Assembly: GCA_027533105.1 (NCBI GenBank)
Contig: JAPZTW010000008.1
Coordinates: forward strand, 472,684 to 536,683
DNA length: 64,000 nt
Reading direction: 5' to 3'
Origin: Sphingomonadaceae bacterium
Lineage (GTDB): Bacteria; Pseudomonadota; Alphaproteobacteria; Sphingomonadales; Sphingomonadaceae
Position numbers and translations under genes: made by a program. This document shows, in pieces, positions 59,614-64,000 of this stretch (its first letter is position 1; each line of letters starts with the position of its first letter). The notes beneath the pieces were generated by a model. That model did no database searches. It saw only the letters and a list, made by a program, of their open reading frames with translations, and had not been told where the DNA came from.

Positions 59614-59823
59614 TCATTTCTTTTGCTGGGTGGATGTTTTCACCTGCTCGCCAAGCGAAGTGTAAGTCGAGGACACCATATCCCCGAGGTCCTGCAGGAT
59701 GAAGAAAATGGCCATGCAGATGAGACCGAGAACCAATCCGTACTCGATCGTTGCCGTGCCGCGATTGTTGCGGGCCAGCTTCGTGGCTGCATTCTTTAAT
59801 ACGTGCTTGGCGTGTCGCAGCAT
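59614..59823 (-). CDS. flp: Flp family type IVb pilin
   Basis: Basic leader, G|TATIEYGL cleavage/Flp motif, hydrophobic helix, 69 aa. Confidence 0.85.
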   Translation of the reverse strand: MLRHAKHVLKNAATKLARNNRGTATIEYGLVLGLICMAIFFILQDLGDMVSSTYTSLGEQVKTSTQQKK

Positions 59824-60305
59824 CGCAAGAGCCTTTTTCCATCCTTCTTAATGCACGAACCCCTTTTTCGGGACACGTACGAACATAAACGTACATTAGA
59901 TAGTGCAGGGAATGAAAAACGCTATTCCCAGAAAGCTCCATTACAGAATATGTGCCCGCAATGTCCATGGATATAAAAACTATAAAAATCCCATACTCCA
60001 ATCCAATACATAAGTATTTTAGCTTATTACGTACTTTTGATCTGTGCTCATCAGATCAATCCGTAAAATGCTTTATACTTGGTGATTTGGGCGGGGTGGG
60101 GCGGCATGGGGCGCCAGCAGGAGGAGGTTATCGGCAGCTGCACCCTGCACGGTCCGGCCTGACGCCGGGCGCGCCGTTGTTGCAAAAGGGTGACATGGCG
60201 CAGCTTCCCGGCCCTGCGCACAGCCGGCGCGACTGCTGCCCGCGGTATCGGAATCGCTACCGCGAAGCGGTGCCGACCGACTCCTGTATCGGCAGGGTCA
60301 GCCGC

Positions 60306-61232
60306 TCAGTTCAAACGACCGTTCCGCGCCTTGGTCATTTCGTGGAGCTGCGCGAAGCCGGGTGTGGCGATGGCGCTTTCCTTCGCCAGGCGCAGAACCG
60401 CTCCCGGCAGGTAGTCGTATTCGGAGCCCGCGTTCGAGAGAGCGTCGCGCTGGAGCGAGGTCGTTGCCGTTCGCGGGAAGCTGGCTGCAAATGCCAGCGC
60501 TCCGGCGATATCCGCCGATGCGATCTGAATGCCTCGGGCTTGGGCAACCGCCTGCACTTCCTGCATGGCCACCTTGAGCATCGTGCCGGCTTCGCTGTGA
60601 TGGGCCACCTCTCCGGCCGGAATGCCATAAGCGAGGGCAACCGTGCCGAGGGAAGCTGCGAGGAGAAACTTCTGCCACAGGCTGGTCTCGATGCTTGCAG
60701 AAACCCTTGCCTGGATCCCTGCCCGTTTGAGCAGATCGGCAACCGCAGCAGCGCTTTCGCGGGGATCGGGGCCAATCGCGCCAAGTTCCAGTGACGGTTC
60801 AACGCCAACGTGCCGAACTTCGTCGCCCGCCAGCTCAAAGAACCCGTGGACCCGGCTGGCAAGGATCGCTGCATCCGGAAAGCGCGCCGCCGCCATGGCT
60901 GGCGCGTCGACCCCATTCTGGACGGTAAGCAGCACGGTTCGTGGCCCGATGGCGGGTGCGGCAAGCTCAAGCGCCTCGGCAAAGCTGGACATCTTCGTGC
61001 AGATGATGACCAGGCCGGCTTCAACGCCTGCAACCGGAGCGGCGGCTACCGGCACATTCTTCTGGACGACCGATTGTCCTATCGACACCCGCAGGCCCTG
61101 CGTTTGCAGGTTGAGCAGGCGAGCGCCCCGCGCCAGCAACAGCATCGGATTGTCGAGCGAACTCAGCCTGAGGGCAAGGAACGAGCCGATCGCCCCGGCG
61201 CCAATTACCAGTATGGGGTCGGTATCATTCAT
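60306..61232 (-). CDS. panE: 2-dehydropantoate 2-reductase (PanE/ApbA family)
   Basis: VIGAGAIG, CTK, QNGV, LWQKF, SLQRD, SEYD. Confidence 0.85.
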   Translation of the reverse strand: MNDTDPILVIGAGAIGSFLALRLSSLDNPMLLLARGARLLNLQTQGLRVSIGQSVVQKNVPVAAAPVAGVEAGLVIICTKMSSFAEALELAAPAIGPRTVLLTVQNGVDAPAMAAARFPDAAILASRVHGFFELAGDEVRHVGVEPSLELGAIGPDPRESAAAVADLLKRAGIQARVSASIETSLWQKFLLAASLGTVALAYGIPAGEVAHHSEAGTMLKVAMQEVQAVAQARGIQIASADIAGALAFAASFPRTATTSLQRDALSNAGSEYDYLPGAVLRLAKESAIATPGFAQLHEMTKARNGRLN

Positions 61233-61668
61233 GGCGAACCCTGCTTCCAATCCGGATGCTTGCGCCTTGCATTAGCCTAACCCGGGCCTGCAGGCATCGG
61301 GCAATTGCAGCTTCAGGCGCCGATAACGCCATCGCCGGTAGCCGAAGCGGCGCGCGGCAAGGCGATCGCGCCGGGTCCGCTCCCGTCCTTACTGCCACAT
61401 CGCGCATGGGCTGCTTATAACAAAAGTTGCTTTATCAAAACTGACGGCAAGGGCTGGCGATCAAGGTGATCCAATATACGGAGTTTCCGATAAAATATGT
61501 TCCTTTTTCCAACATTTCAAGGCCGAGCTTGACCAGAACATGGTGCTTATTTAAGAAAACAAATGACATAAAAGCCGTGACGGCTGGCTTCCGGTGCAGC
61601 GGCGGCGTGACGCGTCACGCGGCCACTACCGCGCAGGTTTCGGGCACGGGGCGCAAAGGAGTGACGAA

Positions 61669-62991
61669 GTGGCGGGAATGGCAACGAAGCGCGGCGGGTT
61701 CTGGCAGCGGCTTGGCGCGGCGGCGCTGCTTTCGTCCGCGTTGAGCACCCCGGTTCAGGCCCAATCGGCCGACACCTGCCGGCGGACCGGTCCGCAGGCA
61801 GTGGCCAGCTACAACTACATTCTCGGCACCCAGGCGATCGGCGGGCGCTATCGCTTCACCAAGGACAGTCCGCTGCTGGAGGAGGCCGAGGTGATCCGCA
61901 CGATGGGCTCCAACCTGCTGAAGCTGTCCTTCGCGAAGGGGGCGGCGGCGCGGTACGGTAGCGTTGCGGCGGCAGGCAAGGCGCGCTCGACCCTCGAATA
62001 TGTCAAGGCCGCGCCCGAGGTGCAGCGCGCCCTCGACATGGATTTCAAGTACTATCAGGCCTGGGTGCACTCCTACACCGAGGCCAACTGGCGCGACGGG
62101 GTCACCAAGGCGGAAGCGCGGCTGTACTATGATGAAATGTATCAGCTTTCCGCCTGGCTGCTGGCCCGCTACTCGGGGTCGGGCAAGGTCTTCATGCTGG
62201 GCAACTGGGAGGGTGACTGGCTGCTCCATGGCTCGCAAGGGCGAGATTCCACGCCCAGCCCGGTCGCGATCCAGGGCATGATCGACTGGCTGAACATTCG
62301 CCAGAAGGCGATCGATGATGCCAAGGCTGCGGTAAAGCACCGCGATGTCGGGCTGTATCACTATGTCGAGGTCAACCTGGTCAAGAAGGCGATGGCGGGC
62401 AAGCCGAGCATTGCCTTCAGCGTCCTGCCCGAGACCAACGTCGATCTGGTGTCCTATTCCAGCTATGAAGCGATCAAGAAGTCGCAAGTGCCCGATCTTG
62501 CCTCGATCAGGCAGCCGCTGACCGAGATCATGCAATACCTTGAGGGGCAGTTGCGGCCCAAGCCGGGTCTGCCGTTCAGTCGGCGCGTGTTCATCGGCGA
62601 ATATGGCTATCACGCGAACCGGGCCAAGCCGGAGACCATCAGTCAACAGTACCTGAAGAGCCGCTACGTGATGCAGGTGGCAATCGAACTCGACCTGCCC
62701 TTCGCCCTGATCTGGCAGGTGTACAACAACGAGTATACGCCCGACGGAACATCGAAGGAGATGTCGCTGATCGACGAGAGCGGCCAGAAGCGCGAACTGT
62801 ACTATCTCAACCAGCAATACCTGCGCGAGATGAAGGCATTCGTCGCCGACAGCTGCCAGCGCGCCGGCACCCTGCCCACGCGCGAGGCGTTCAAGGGCAA
62901 GGCCCTGGAGGTGCTGGAGTCGCTGACCTTCGAACGGATGCAGCAGGCTGCGCTGAACGGCGGCGTGGCGGCGGGGGCAACCCGGCCATAG
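61669..62991 (+). CDS. Secreted hypothetical protein, GH-A clan TIM-barrel-like
   Basis: AAGGAG then GTG; signal peptide; LGNWEGD and FIGEYG candidate catalytic Glu; next to a TBDR. Confidence 0.75.
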   Translation: MAGMATKRGGFWQRLGAAALLSSALSTPVQAQSADTCRRTGPQAVASYNYILGTQAIGGRYRFTKDSPLLEEAEVIRTMGSNLLKLSFAKGAAARYGSVAAAGKARSTLEYVKAAPEVQRALDMDFKYYQAWVHSYTEANWRDGVTKAEARLYYDEMYQLSAWLLARYSGSGKVFMLGNWEGDWLLHGSQGRDSTPSPVAIQGMIDWLNIRQKAIDDAKAAVKHRDVGLYHYVEVNLVKKAMAGKPSIAFSVLPETNVDLVSYSSYEAIKKSQVPDLASIRQPLTEIMQYLEGQLRPKPGLPFSRRVFIGEYGYHANRAKPETISQQYLKSRYVMQVAIELDLPFALIWQVYNNEYTPDGTSKEMSLIDESGQKRELYYLNQQYLREMKAFVADSCQRAGTLPTREAFKGKALEVLESLTFERMQQAALNGGVAAGATRP

Positions 62992-63045
62992 CTGCCGGGG
63001 CCTGACCCGACGGCACCCGGATCCCGAGCGAACGCGCAAACAATC

Positions 63046-63078
63046 GGCGCCCGCAGTCTAACACAGACTGCGGGCGCC
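63046..63078. terminator. Bidirectional terminator hairpin
   Basis: Perfect 14-bp stem GGCGCCCGCAGTCT/AGACTGCGGGCGCC; second hairpin at 63102-63127. Confidence 0.7.
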
Positions 63079-63133
63079 ATTGCTTTGTCCCATGATCCGA
63101 AGTCCGCCCGGCCGGGGCCGGGCGGACCGCAGG

Positions 63134-64000
63134 TCAGAAGCTGACCGAGGCTCCCAGCGTGTACTTGCGCCCGGCAACCGAGAGGTAGTTCACGAGGATC
63201 GGGTACTTCAGGTACCGGACCGTGCCGGTATTGGTCAGGTTGATCGCATTGAACGAGAAGCGGACATTGCGGTTCAGCGTGAAGCGCGCCGCCAGGTCCA
63301 GCTGCCCGCGCGCCGCTTCGGTTTCGGGCAGGCTCTCCAGCCGGGCAAAGCCGAGCGGAGCCGTTTCGCGGCGGGTAAAGGCCGATCGCCAGTTGTAGGC
63401 CAGCCGCAGGCTGAACCGGCCATCATCGTAGTACCCGCTCAGGTTGTAATTGTACTTCGACAGGCCCTTGCGGCTGATCGGATCGCCTTCTTGATCGCGC
63501 AGCGAGCTGTTTTCGTCGATGTAGGTGAAGTTCCCCGTCACCCCGAGATGGCGCAGCACCCCCGGCAGATACTTGAAGGCATGGGCCATGCCCAGCTCCA
63601 CGCCCTTCAGCTTGGTGCCGCCGAAGTTCTGGTACTGGACGACGCTGAACAACTCGCCGTTGAGATCATAGTCAACCGGCGTCGGGCTGAGGAAGATCGT
63701 CGTGTCGATGTTCTTCGCGAACGCCGCCACCGACAGATAGCTGCCCTTGGCATAGTACCATTCCAGCGACAGGTCGAAGTTGTCGGAATGGACCGGCTTC
63801 AGGAACGGATTGCCCGCCTTGCCGCTGCCGGCATAGACCGGGTCGGTATCCGTGCGGGTAACATCGAGACCGGTCGAGATCTGGACCAGGCTCGGCCGGC
63901 CCAGCGTGCGCGAATAGGCCAGGCGCGCGATCAGGTCCTTCGAGAACCCGAAGTTGAAGTTGGCCGACGGCAGCCAGTCATCGTACTGATTCTTGACCGT
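63134..64000 (-). CDS. TonB-dependent receptor, C-terminal part (5' end outside the window)
   Basis: Open to the window edge: WLPSANF, ARLAYSRTLGRP, GNPFLKP, LSLEWY, GRKYTLGASVSF. Confidence 0.93.
   Translation of the reverse strand, partial: TVKNQYDDWLPSANFNFGFSKDLIARLAYSRTLGRPSLVQISTGLDVTRTDTDPVYAGSGKAGNPFLKPVHSDNFDLSLEWYYAKGSYLSVAAFAKNIDTTIFLSPTPVDYDLNGELFSVVQYQNFGGTKLKGVELGMAHAFKYLPGVLRHLGVTGNFTYIDENSSLRDQEGDPISRKGLSKYNYNLSGYYDDGRFSLRLAYNWRSAFTRRETAPLGFARLESLPETEAARGQLDLAARFTLNRNVRFSFNAINLTNTGTVRYLKYPILVNYLSVAGRKYTLGASVSF

Larger units (their letters stand above)
44928..60100. mobile_element. tRNA-Ser-anchored mosaic genomic island (right boundary undetermined)
   Basis: Abrupt AT-rich shift right after the tRNA; recombinase and methylase relics, IS6, truncated genes. 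Confidence 0.7.

Noticed and set aside
59609-60001. 130-aa ORF overlapping flp, and ORF 59952-60794
   Set aside because: They have no motifs and overlap the better-supported pilin and panE genes.

Overview
GC-rich alphaproteobacterial chromosome segment, most like Sphingomonadales (Novosphingobium-like gene order and content; inference from sequence only). It has three zones. (1) 1-~1200: the AT-richer tail of an accessory element, with orphan Cys-rich secreted-type ORFs and a decayed HGGxSTG gene. (2) ~1290-44930: core backbone with TauE, an M19 dipeptidase, dapD-racemase-channel, an S8 protease, a 12-kb acyl-CoA/lactone catabolic cluster, gmk, sspB, hisBHAF-hisE-hinT, ybgC-tolQRAB-pal, a trans-sulfuration gene with a structured leader, infC (ATA start), pdeM, hemF, rsh/spoT and a cyclophilin. 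It ends in tRNA-Ser(GGA). (3) 44928 onward: a mosaic genomic island anchored at the tRNA. It holds HU, an AT-rich four-gene operon (dead GGDEF-EAL, pseudo-receiver OmpR regulator, membrane protein, lipoprotein), and a collapsed serine-recombinase/DNA-methylase/DUF5681 element with back-to-back deletion scars. It continues with a thiolase module, an IS6, a gentisate operon, an orphan Flp pilin in frame with a KdpD-like kinase plus KdpE-like regulator, panE, a GH-A-like unknown protein and a TonB-dependent receptor running off the window. The best candidates for undescribed systems are the Flp pilin-DUF4118 kinase-regulator unit and the degenerate c-di-GMP/pseudo-receiver operon. Family names come from motif recognition by eye, not database searches. 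No CRISPR array or rRNA was seen.
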